The translations under genes and the position numbers were made by a program. Positions 53,281 through 64,000 of a DNA stretch of 64,000 nucleotides are shown here, piece after piece (position 1 is the stretch's first letter; every line of letters begins with the position of its first letter). Source of the DNA: Octopus vulgaris (lineage: Eukaryota); contig OX597825.1 of the NCBI GenBank assembly GCA_951406725.2, positions 9,858,001 through 9,922,000 of the forward strand. Reading direction: 5' to 3'. The notes under the pieces are model-generated. The model did no database searches. It had not been told where the DNA came from and saw only the letters and a list, made by a program, of their open reading frames with translations.

Positions 53281-53511
53281 GGTACTATTTAAGAAGAATG
53301 GTCCCGGTGCGCGCACTCGCGCTAGCTGGTCGGGACTAGTCGATCCTTACTTTGTTTTTGTTTTATTTACTTTGTTTAACAAAAATTATTTATTTTGTGT
53401 TTTATTTACTTTGCTCGGTAGTCGTTGTAGGATCGAATAGTCACGACTAGCTAGCGCGGATGTGCGTGTACGCGAGTGCGCGCACCGGGACCACTCTTCT
53501 TAAATAGTACC
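53281..53511. mobile_element. Mutator-like MITE
   Basis: Long GC-rich TIRs GGTACTATTTAAGAAGA.TGGTCCCGGTGCGCGCACTCGCG; 9-bp TSD TATATAAAT (53272-53280 and 53512-53520). Confidence 0.85.
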
Positions 53512-53822
53512 TATATAAATTATTCCTAAACAAGAATAATTCTTGGCAGTGACTTGGAAGTCACTGCCAGTTAAGTATATATAAAGAGAGAGAATTTTCC
53601 CTCCCGTTTGTAATTTCAGGTACGTTTTATATGCAATTGCAAAAAGTAAATATAAAAAAAAGACAGATAGAATGTGTGTAGGGTTTAATCTGAAATAAAA
53701 TTTAAGTTTAAACGGGTGGAAATATGAATAAATATGAAAATTAGATGAAAAAAGAGAAAGGAGAGAGACCCACCTCCCAAGGTTTTTGGTTGGAGAGAGA
53801 GAGAGGAAGGGTCAATACAAAC

Positions 53823-53997
53823 CTTTAACGCCGTCGCGTTCGCCAAAAGAAACAACAACTTTGTCATCGTGAACCTTCAGAACGATGTCCAAAGGATAAC
53901 CAAACGTCTTCTCTATTTCGGGTCTGTTCGAATTCTGGTCGAATTGATAAATAAGGCCTCCAGCCTTGTTAATGATGTAAACACTCAAAACAGCCAT
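53823..53997 (-). CDS. TRAPPC4: TRAPPC4 (TRS23/synbindin) exon 1 (175 nt)
   Basis: [20 protein letters not shown]...[11 protein letters not shown]...[12 protein letters not shown]; AAG|GTTTGT donor. Confidence 0.97.
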
Positions 53998-54218
53998 TTT
54001 TCAGTGCAGACAACTCGATGTGGGGAGGAGTATGAATTATCATCGACCAGTGTGATGGATGGAGGACTTCAGACGAACAACAACATATCCTGTCGACTAA
54101 AAACGAAATTAAAAGGAGCTAATGATGAGTCTCAGCGATAAGTTTTTCTTTCGTTTTGTTTTAAGAGAAGGTTACATTGGTAATATGGCGGAATTCTAGT
54201 TTAAGGACCCTATTTTAC

Positions 54219-54303
54219 GGTACTACTTGAGAACAGTGGTCCCGGTACGCGCTCTCGCGTAGTCGCGCATCCGCGCTAGCTAGTCGCGACTAGTCGGTCC
54301 TAA
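54219..54303. mobile_element. Solo TIR of the same Mutator-like MITE family
   Basis: GGTACTACTTGAGAACAGTGGTCCCGGTACGCGC...GCTAGCTAGTCGCGACTAGTCG aligns to the TIRs at 53281/53511. Confidence 0.75.
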
Positions 54304-55493
54304 ATCGTTAGTACTCCTAACGTAGCTCTCAGGGAAATTCAGCGGGACACAGAGTGTGACAAGGTTGGCCCTTTAAAATACAGATAGAATAGAAACAGGA
54401 AGAAAGAGAGACAGAAATTTGTGGTGAAAGAGCACAGCAGGGTTCGCCACCATCCCCTACTGGTGCCTCGTGGAGCTTTAGGTGTTTTCACTCAATAAAC
54501 ACTCACAACACCCGATCAGGAAATCGAAACTGCGATCCCACGACCGCGAGTCCGCTGCCCTAACCACTGGGCCATTGCGCCTCCACATTGATTAAATAGG
54601 AAGAAAAGTTGCTGAACAAGTAATATTTTACAAGGGAGAGAGTTCGGTGCAGAATAACAAATTGAGATTGCATAGTTTCTTCCCTTGTATTAATTACCCT
54701 TTAGCTGAAGACTAGATTTATCCAGGAGTATTCTTGGACATCCCATGGATATTTAAAGAACTAGAATGGTCGGAAGTTTATGGAGAACCAATAAATATAT
54801 TGTTTATGTCGCAAACTGAATTTCGTAGGAAATATTTGACTCTTTAGATAATGTTAAAAGTCCACATATGTAGTATTGTCTTGGGAGACAAACTTTCTGA
54901 AAGCTGTGGCCCCCTTGTTATAAATTTTCCCCGGCTTCTCTCTTGAGAATTGTGATCTTTATTTATCATTTTACTTGTTTCAGTCATTTGACTGTGGCCA
55001 TGCTGGAGCACTGCCTTTAGTCGATCGAGCAAATCGACATATTCAGCTTCTTGGTGAAAACTCCTCAACGTTCAACAGAACAAAAAAAAATACGAAGAAA
55101 ATCCTTAAACAGAAAGAATAATGGTTTTATTTAATTGTGGTCTGTGCTGCATTGAGATAAGAGTTTCTCAATGTTATGTATGCGAGATAGTAATTAGAAT
55201 ACTTTGAAATAAAAACGATACATCTTATAACCGGAGGACGGTCGTAAGAACAACCTACATACACTCAACGATTCTCATCCAAAGCTCAAATGCTAAAAGG
55301 GAAGATTTTCTTTCGCCTTTTTCGTTTTATAATACGTAGAGCGCAAGTCTCTCACTTCCACGTCATCCAGAAATTCATGGAATGTTCCAGAACATTCTAC
55401 GGAAGGTCACTCCAGCTACATTCCTTTTTTAATTTAATTAACTGAGAGGGCGCTATAGGTCCCACAGCAGATTCAGCTCTGAAGTAATTTATT

Positions 55494-55903
55494 GTATTTC
55501 TTTACTACCCACAAGGGGCTAAACACAGAGAGGACAAACAAGGACAGACAAACGGATTAAGTCGATTATATCGACTCCAGTGCGTAACTGGTACTTAATT
55601 TATTGACCCCCGAAAGGATGAAAAGCAAAGTCGACCTCGGCGGAATTTGAACTCAAAACGTAGCGGCAGACGCAATACCTATTTCTTTACTACCCACAAG
55701 GGGCTAAACACAGAGGGAACAAACAAGGACAGACATAGGTATTAAGTCGATTACATCGACCCCAGTGCGTAACTGGTACTTAATTTATCGACCCCGAAAG
55801 GATGAAAGGCAAAGTCGACCTCGGCGGAATTTGAACTCAGAACGTAGCGGCGGACGAAATACCGCTAAGCATTTTGCCCGGCGCGCTAACGTCTCTGCCA
55901 GCT
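55494..55903 (-). mobile_element. Dimeric SINE S2
   Basis: One head, two core+tail units. Confidence 0.82.
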
Positions 55904-56736
55904 CATTCTTTGAGAGAAATTTGCTATCCTACAACAGAACGTGTGTGTGTGTGTAGTGGCGGATGCAGGGGTGTTGCCCTTGTTGCCCGGGCAACGCCCT
56001 TTCTAGCCGAGCCGACACCAAATATAATAACCTTGTTATTTTATTTCCTGCAGTTTCACAGCATTACTCTTTTATATGCATATCGCCTGCCACAACAACA
56101 TTAGAAGACGAAAAAATGGGTTCATATGTTACGAATTGTTATTCTCACGTTATACAGTATTTATTTTTTTCGAAACTTTTGAGCAACACCCAAAAAAGAG
56201 CCCTGGATCCCCAACCCTGATTTGTGTGTGTGCGTGCGTACGCGCGTTTATTAATAATTCTTTACAATTTTGCCATAAGGCCAGAAATTTAAGGAAAAGA
56301 AGGGATTTGCCGATTACGTTGACCCCCATTGATCAACCGGTACTTATTTTGGCCTGCCTACACAACTGTGCATCCCACCCACGACCACCACCACTGACTT
56401 TGTTTCATCGTAACTTTCAGAAAAATGGATATTTTTCTAACGAAATTTTCTTCGTATATGCTTCAGAGGGTATAGATCTGCCCACGGTCGGGCTGGGTGG
56501 AATTACCGCCCGCTTTGGGACCCACTGATCTATATATACCTTCTGTGTTGGTCTTTGGTAAGCAATAAACAATTTAAGCTCGCGTCAAACTGTCCAATCA
56601 AAGCCAGAATGGAAAACGGACGGATGATGATGATGATGTCGAAAGAATTTATAACTCTACTGTGACATAAAGTATTGATTTCTTACATGTGGCTACGACT
56701 TCGAAAGGTAAAGGTAACAAGACTGTGTAAGATAAC

Positions 56737-57161
56737 TTTCTTTATTGGCCACACAGGGCTGGACACAGAGGGGACAATTACAAATGTAGAGCTTTTCTTC
56801 TCGGCGGTGGAAAAAGAAAAAGAAGAAAAAAAGGAAACAAATGTAAAATTTCGATCAAAAGGGATCGGAAGAAAAAAAAAGCGATTAAAAGGGATCGTGT
56901 ATCACAGTAAGAAAAATTTATTTTTTTTCTAAGTAACAAAAAAGATTAGGTTCATCCGTGGAAAGAAAAGCCTACAGAAAAGACCACGGTAACCTCAGGC
57001 AGGGAGGAAATAAACACATGAGAGCAAAGTGCTCTCTCTCTCTCTCTCTCTTTTACGATTTACAGGATCATACTCAAAGTGGTTTCGTCACTCGCACGCA
57101 CCATCTTTGCTACATTCACCCACCTTTTTTTGAAACTTTCACGAGACAAAACCTGCCTTTC
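56737..57161 (-). mobile_element. 5'-truncated L1/Tx1-like LINE 3' end with 19-bp TSD
   Basis: CAAGACTGTGTAAGATAAC at 56718-56736 and 57162-57180; frameshifted ORF end ERQVLSRESFKK-WMNVAKMVRASDETTLSMIL*, T-rich 3' UTR, AATAAA terminus; clade assignment from recall. Confidence 0.7.
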
Positions 57162-57405
57162 CAAGACTGTGTAAGATAACATGCTTTACCAAAGAACATA
57201 AGACGTGTAAGAGAAATGACTGGGACTGAAAAATCGAAACTAAGTTGTTTGCTCAACTCCTTGGGAATTTATTTAAAATCTTTTATGTTCAACAATATGA
57301 TTGAGAGATCCTTCCTGTGTCACAATCGCATGGTGTAACATCTGTGGTAAATTATTAACCAAGAACCAGTGTTCCGTCAACACCGGCGGTGTTGGTTAAT
57401 TAAGC

Positions 57406-57656
57406 ATGGCGAAGTGCTTGTGTTTTGTGTCTCGTCTTCTTCTGTCGCCAAAATCTGTTTTTCCTGTTCACCCGTCAGTTGTTATTTCCAGTCGTGGTTA
57501 TGCAAGGAAACAGCGATTACCACAAAACCCTCTTGAATTACCGACAGAAAAAGAGGAAATGACATTGATGGACCCCGACAACGACCTGGACGAATGTTTT
57601 GATGATTATTATAACAGCCCCGACAACAAACTTCGGTCGAAATTTGATATCAAAAA
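57406..57656 (+). CDS. NGRN: Neugrin-like gene exon 1 (presequence-like N-terminus)
   Basis: ATGGCG start; N-terminus rich in Arg/Ser/Leu with no acidic residues, ending SSRGYAR; AA|GTACGT phase-2 donor fits exon 2. Confidence 0.8.
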
Positions 57657-57901
57657 GTACGTTTTTTGGCATTTGATGTTCGGAAACTGCAATAGTGTGT
57701 GTGTGTGATACGTTTATTTGAAGGTGTATAAGCTTATGGTGGTTAATAGGATCCAGATATTAACCCTTATGGTCGAGCTTGTGCTACTGGAGACCTCCGG
57801 CGCCCTTGACTAGCAGACCATATCGGGGATGGATTTCGGTATAAGTGCTGGAAGTGGTAATAAATCTTAGAGCGAGTTATAAACAGTAGCTGCAACACAC
57901 C

Positions 57902-58091
57902 ATGACGTATATTTGCCATTTAAATATGGCTAACCCCTGAGGGTGGATGCTACTGTAGTTTGTAGCCCCAGGAGGACACCTCCTCCAGCTGGCTTTAGAC
58001 ACACTTTCTGTGCCCTATCAGTGTTTGCAAAGGCTTCCTTTTGCAAACACTGATAGGGGTTAGCCATATTTAAATGGAAAATATACGTCAT
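57902..58091. mobile_element. Foldback MITE with asymmetric deletion in NGRN intron
   Basis: ~37-bp TIRs ATGACGTATATT..CCATTTAAATATGGCTAACCCCT plus a central 19-bp hairpin. Confidence 0.7.
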
Positions 58092-59525
58092 ACTAGAAGT
58101 GGCTTTGTAAGAAAGTGGTTTTTTATATATATATATATATATGGGGGGTTAGGGTTAGGGTGGGAGAAAGGGGTTTCTGTTATCTTCATAAATGTAAACA
58201 AAGCCACTTACGGTACTTATACCGAAATTCATGCTAAAACAACGGCCTTGACGCACAACACATGAACGAGGAGGCTTCTAGAATGTCACTCAATCTATTA
58301 GAAATAGCAGCTAAGTTTCCTTCAATCACAGTTTTTGTCACCTTAAATAAGGAAGCGTGCACTGGATATTCAACATGTGAAAAATGAAGATGGAATGGTG
58401 GAGTTCTGGTTTAAGTACCCCATGTAACCCCTCAGAACTTTTCTATGTTTTTTTTTTTAATAATCAGAAAAATTTTGCGAATGTGTTCTACACACGGGGA
58501 TTTATACGATTATAGAATTTTTTTTTTTTAGTCCCCCGTAACTTAGCGGTTCGGCAAAAGAGACCGATAGAATAAGTAGTGGGCTTACAAAAGAATAAGT
58601 CCCAGGGTCGAGTTGCCCGATTAAAGGCGGTGCTCCAGCATGGCCACAGTCAAATAACTGAAACAAGTAAAAAGAGTAATTTAAAGTATGGGCAGTTCGA
58701 AATTTTTGCTTAAATCCCAGCAATGGACTCGTAAATGTGTTTATGGGGAGAAAAATATTGAAAAACGTCAATTCATGTGATCAAGAAATGAGGAAGGTAT
58801 CAGGTGGTCGTGAGATGTGCTAAAAATAACAGCCAAATAACCCTTAAATCACACACAAAATATTAATTTTTTTATATTTGTTTTTTTTTTCAAAGGCACT
58901 TCCTTCCAATATCACTCCTCCCCTCTTAAAGGATCTCTTTTCTTATAAATTACTTGGTGACCTTGACAGTGCTCTTGCCACATAGAACCCTTCCAATCCA
59001 TTCTGTAATGTGATTGGTGTTTGGAAGGGCATCCAGTGTGTAAAATCCATACCAAAACAGACTTTGCCAGTGCTGGTGCCACACAGAAAGCATGCAGGTT
59101 ATTCTGTAAAGTGGTTAGCATTAGGAAGGAACCCAGCTGTAAAAGCTATACCAAAACGGACCTTGGAAGTAGAATGAAAAGAGCTGTTGTTGTGTAACCC
59201 CAGGTCAGCTCTGATATGAATATTCCGTCAAGCAGGTCAAGCGACCTCGTACAGGGTCCATTGCTGGTGCCATATAAAAAACATGCAGTCCACTCTGTAA
59301 TGGGGTTGACGTTAGGAAGGGTATCCAGCTGTGAAAACCATGCCAAAACAGACAGTGGGGGCTAGGTACAGTCTTCTGGCTTACCAGCTCCTGTTATGCT
59401 GTCCAACCCATACCAGAGCATGGAAGATGGACCTTAAATGATGATGAATACTTCCAGAACACAATGATAAATAAAGTATGAAGTCAAGACATTATTGGAA
59501 GTAAATACTGTAGAGCTTATATATA

Positions 59526-59692
59526 GGCGCAGGAGTGGCTGTGTGGTAAGTAGCTTGTTTACCAACCACATGGTTCCGGGTTCAGTCCCACTGCGTGGCA
59601 CTTTGGGCAAGTGTCTTCTACTATAGCCTCAAGCCGACCAAAGCCTTGTGAGTGGATTTGATAGATGAAAACTGAAAGAAGCCTGTCGTATG

Positions 59693-59727
<35 letters not shown>

Positions 59728-59938
59728 TTGTGTATATGTTTGTGTCTGTGTTTGTTCCACCAACATCGCTTGACAACCGATGCTGGTGTGTTTACGTCCC
59801 CATAACTTAGTGGTTCGGCATGAAAGAATGATAGAATAAGTACTAGGCTTACAAAGAATAAGTCCTGGGGTCGATTTGCTCGACTAAAGGCGGTGCTCCA
59901 GCATGGCCGCAGTCAAATGACTGAAACAAGTAAAAGAG
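59526..59938 (+). mobile_element. SINE S1
   Basis: Full-length copy starting GGCGCAGGAGTGGCTGTGTGG. Confidence 0.85.
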
Positions 59939-60005
59939 TGTATAAAACTGTAAAAATGGAATCTTATTTGAGAAATTAAAAATTTTTTCTTTGTCTTACT
60001 TTCAG

Positions 60006-61107
60006 GATAATTAATCAGGAGAAGAAGAAGGTAAAACTAAAGATCTTAGAACGCAAATACTTCAAGACTCCTCAAGAAGCAAACTTCCTGACGTGGAGGG
60101 CGAAAGAACAAATTCGTTTCTTAAATGCCGAATATCCTGAAGAATGGACACTTGAAAGACTGTCTCAGAGCTTTCCTATTAGCAAAGCTGGTTTAATTAA
60201 ATTGCTGTCTTCTACTTATGTGATGGATTCTGAGAAAATTTTAAAACATGATTCCAATGTAAAAAAGAGGTGGAAAAAGCTGAATGCAGAACTGTCCTTA
60301 AATGAAAGGGTTGTTAGCCCTGAATTCAAACATTTGATAGAATCAGGTAAATTGGAATTACTGAAAAATGCCGGAGGTTTAATGGAAGCTCCGAAATTGC
60401 CTTCTGAAATGCATAATGTATCAATGAAAAATTCTGAAAAGAAAATGGGTAGATTTGAAAGTATTTTACAAAATTATGAAAGATTTTCTGAAAAGCAAAA
60501 CTATATTTGTAATACTAGCAACAAACAAGATTTGGTTAAGCTGATGCCAGAAGAGCAAGATACAGGTGCCAAGATACCTATTGAAGAGTATAACGAGTCA
60601 AAGCTAGATTGGTCGTCTATTGATTATGAAATTAAAGAAACTGATGTCCGAGCAAGAAATTCTCATTTAGAACCTTCAGAAAACCTTGCTAATCAAATTA
60701 CAGAAGAATACCTGAAAAATGCTCCAAGAAAAATACGGAGAAAAATAAAGAGTGGCGATATTAGTTTGTCTGATCTGACTTACTTGGAGGCTTATCAGTT
60801 AATTGGCACCGAAAAGGTAAAGGATATCGAAACATCATCACAGACCAAAACTAATTACGAAAATGAACAATATTCAGAACACAACAGGGATTCACTGTTG
60901 GAAGAATTACTCTCTAAGTCATCATCCAGTGCTATACCTGTTGCAGGTAGTCACGAGAGAATGCCCGATTTTTCTGGTTTTACTGTTGATGATTATGTAA
61001 ATATACCTGAACATGTTAAAGGATCAAAGGGAACCGTATACAAAAAGGATAATGCATATTATGATGAGTATGGGGAGTTTTTATACAAAGTGCCAATTAG
61101 TGAATAA
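60006..61107 (+). CDS. NGRN: Neugrin-like gene exon 2; spliced CDS 1353 nt = 450 aa
   Basis: ctttcAG acceptor; LTWRAKEQIRFLNAEYPEEWTLERLSQSFPIS matches the neugrin motif LTW...EQIRYL..E.PE.W...RLAE.F; open to TAA at 61107. Confidence 0.88.
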
Positions 61108-61242
61108 ACTGAAAATATTTTTATTAAAATTTGTAAAGACAGATAGATTAAATATATCTTTTTGTGTCCTCATTTGAAATCCTACAAAAGTTGAGTCTGT
61201 ATTTTGTCTTTCAATAACCAGGCAATGTATTTGAGTTGATAA

Positions 61243-61722
61243 AATAAATAATAATAATAATGAAAGTATTGTATACAGTGCTCAGGTGCATCACAACATG
61301 TCAAAAGTGCATATAAAGTATATGCAGTAATGTAAGAATGTCTGGAAAACGAACAGTGTATGAGTCAGATACATGCTTGTGTGTGAATGGAGGGAGAAAA
61401 TCAGGTGTAGTGTTGACGAATCTCAGGAAGCATGGAAGTTTTGAAGGATGCAGTACTCCAACTAACAAATGATGCCAGCAGTTTGTTCCATGCTTCAGCA
61501 ACTCTTAGCATGAAAAAATGTTTCTGAAAGTCATGGGAGCTATGCTGTTTTCTGACTTTGTAAACATGTCCACAGGTGTTAGACAGATGGAGTTTGAAAA
61601 GGTGCTCAGAGTTATTGTTTGTAAGATGGTTAATAATTTTATGGGTGTCTGCCAAGTCAGCTACCAGATGTCGGAGTTTCAATGTATCCATACCCAGGGA
61701 AGTAAGGCATTCAGAATAATAT
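61243..61722 (-). mobile_element. CR1/L2-group LINE 3' fragment
   Basis: TLKLRHLVADL...HFFMLRVAEAWNKL C-terminal motif; (TTA)n tail. Confidence 0.8.
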
Positions 61723-62089
61723 TAGTGTGGTGTGTTCATTATGTCTACATCTACTTCGTGTCACAAAACACAAATACAAACATCACATCTCTTAAATTAT
61801 CATATAGCACGAATCAGAGAAATTTTAAAATAAATTTTTGGAAATGGTGAAATCTCAAAATGGACAATACTACTCTAAGAACTGTAGAACTTAAAAACCC
61901 AGAAGACATTAAAAGACAAACATGCAAATTGAATGTATTGAACAGGAGTTATAAAAAAATAGTCCTATACACATGTTACAAGTAAAACAGAAAATAATAT
62001 TAAGAACAATCAACCTAGAACTGTAAACATAGATTAAGGAATGTTACTATCTAACAATTTGTAAAACATACTCAAAATACAGAAATGTA

Positions 62090-63033
62090 CTCTTTTTACT
62101 ATTTACTTGTTTCAGTCATTTGACTGTGGCCATGCTGGAGCACTGCCTTTAGTGGATCGAGCAAATCGACCCCAAGACTTATTCTTTGTAAGCCTAGTAC
62201 TTGTTCTATCAGTCTCTTTTGCCAAACCGTTAAGTTACGGGGATATAAACACACAAGCATCAGTTGTCAAGCGATGTTGGAGGGACAAACGCAGACACAC
62301 AAACATGTACACACACATACATACGTACATATATATACACACATATATACGACGGGCTTCTTTCAGTTTCAGTCTACCAAATCCACTGACAAGGCTTTGG
62401 TCGGCCCGAGGCAATAGTAGAAGACACTTTGCCCAAGGTGTCATGCAGTGGGAATGAACCCAGAACCATGTGGTTGGTTAGCAAACTACTTACCACACAG
62501 CCACTCCTGTAGTTAATATAAACTAAATGTAATCCAATGGAATAACGTATCACTTTAACTATTAGACTTCAATCATTTTAAAACTACATGACACGGGAAT
62601 AAACCAATGCAAACCAATATCTCTCTCTCTCTTTTACTTGTTTCAGTCATTTGACTGCGGCCATGCTGGAGCACCGCCTTTAGTCGAGCAAATCGGCCCC
62701 GGGACTTATTCTTTGTAAGCCCAGTACTTATTCTATCGGTCTCCTTTGCCGAACCGCTAAGTGACGGGGACGTAAACACACCAGCATCGGTTGTCAAGCA
62801 ATGCTAGGGGGACAAACACACACACACAAACTCACACACACACACACATATATATATATATACATATATACAACAGGCTTCTTTCAGTTTCCGTCTACCA
62901 AATCCACTCACAAGGCATTGGTCGGCCCGGGGCTATAGCAGAAGATATTTGCCCAAGATGCCACGCAGTGTGACTGAACCCGGAACCATGTGGTTGGTAA
63001 GCAAGCTACTTACCACACAGCCACTCCTGCACC
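62090..63033 (-). mobile_element. Two adjacent SINE S1 copies (62090-62509, 62628-63033)
   Basis: Reverse-complement copies of the 7408 element. Confidence 0.85.
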
Positions 63034-63042
63034 TATGATCTG

Positions 63043-63729
63043 TTAACCTTTTTGCTACCATATTTCTGTTGAGATGCTCTGTGTTTCTTTCAATTGATTT
63101 TAAATATAACAAAGAATTTAGTAAAATAACTTTATCATTAAGTTAGTGTTAGGAACATAAATTGTGACTAAGATTTAGTGGAAGATTTTAATTCAGATGT
63201 CTTGCAAACAACTTGCACATGCAAGTGCTACCAGTTAAAAGCTCCGTATACTGGAAGCCAGCAAGTGTATGGGGTCATCAAGAGAGAATGCACGCCGTTT
63301 CGGGGCCTACCTCTCAACGGCATCAATGCTGATATGAAGCCCCGCTTGCTAGATCAGCTGGTTATTAAAATAAACTCAATATCCTTCTAGCCATCACTCA
63401 TCGTCTCTTTTTAACCAAATCCAGTGGCTAGCCTTCACTGTAGATTGGATATCAGTCATGGTGGTATTGACTTTACGATGAGTTAGGCCTAGCGATAACA
63501 ACAATCGTCTCACGCTGTGTCCAACAAACCCTCTACATCCGACTTTGATAGGAAAATGTTCCGCTTTCCAGCCTGCGTCTTCACATTCCTCGAGGAGGTT
63601 TTCATAACGGTTCAATTTTCAAGCCTGAGCAGCGTCCATATTATCTTCATGAGGAACCGTTATGTAAACACGACATTTGTATTACAAAGTCAGAGGCAGT
63701 TTCAGGTACTTTGGTATCAAAAGTGTTAA
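63043..63729. mobile_element. piggyBac-like MITE split by a LINE fragment
   Basis: MITE halves at 63043-63197 and 63661-63729. Confidence 0.75.
63198..63660 (-). mobile_element. RLE-type non-LTR retrotransposon 3' fragment (HERO/NeSL-like)
   Basis: TVPHED...K.NRYENL.EEC..AGW....PIKVGCRGF...ASHWIWLKR, typical of a restriction-like endonuclease C-terminus. Confidence 0.8.
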
Positions 63730-64000
63730 ATATAAACCTTAATTATAGAAATATAAACTGAACCACAAAAGAAATGTTGCACACATACTAAAAAGAAACG
63801 GGTTTATTAACAGGATCTTTGACCGGCAGATTTTTAAAATAATTTCTATGTAACAAAAAAATTTTAAACTTCGTATACTGGTAGAATGTGTTTATAAAAC
63901 ATCTTTTACTCTTGGCTTTCTTGAGAAAATTCTGTAGTTTGTAACATATTTGTTGTTTAATTTCTTGCATTTCGGCAATTTCAACCAATCAATGACGTCT

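Noticed and set aside
55982-55995. Palindromic RFX-like site GTTGCCCGGGCAAC
   Set aside because: Appears to lie in a transposon-like terminus (AGTGGCGGATGCAGGGG), over 1.4 kb from either ATG; no other support
58145-58164. GGGGTTAGGGTTAGGGTGGG telomere-like or G4 motif
   Set aside because: Only two TTAGGG units; too short to call
63260-63340. GAAAC...UUGAUGA in the LINE 3' UTR as a possible type II hammerhead
   Set aside because: Stem II cannot pair (CCCC against CCCC) and the triplet would be GUG

Overview
AT-rich, repeat-dense eukaryotic genomic DNA; the SINE, LINE and mariner repertoire points to a coleoid cephalopod, most likely Octopus (inference). Four spliced genes were reconstructed by hand with GT-AG introns and consistent phases: the 5' part of NPHP4 (minus strand, runs off the left edge), PIGP (plus, 133 aa), TRAPPC4 (minus, 216 aa) and a neugrin-like gene NGRN (plus, 450 aa). 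NPHP4/PIGP and TRAPPC4/NGRN are divergent pairs, and PIGP/TRAPPC4 converge. Introns are filled with tRNA-derived SINEs, piggyBac-like and Mutator-like MITEs, Helitrons, two dead Tc1/mariner elements, LINE fragments and microsatellites; most ORFs in the supplied track are microsatellite artefacts. Main observations: (1) four unrelated short non-coding elements next to (TA)n/(AAT)n tracts each carry a minimal type I hammerhead ribozyme motif (Penelope/retrozyme-like); the three with intact cores are antisense to their host intron, and the single sense copy has core mutations; (2) NPHP4 appears to have two mutually homologous alternative first coding exons 14 kb apart; (3) a modular SINE forms concatemers with a fixed junction and shares its 3' tail with a Tx1-like LINE found in this window. 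No searches or folding programs were run.
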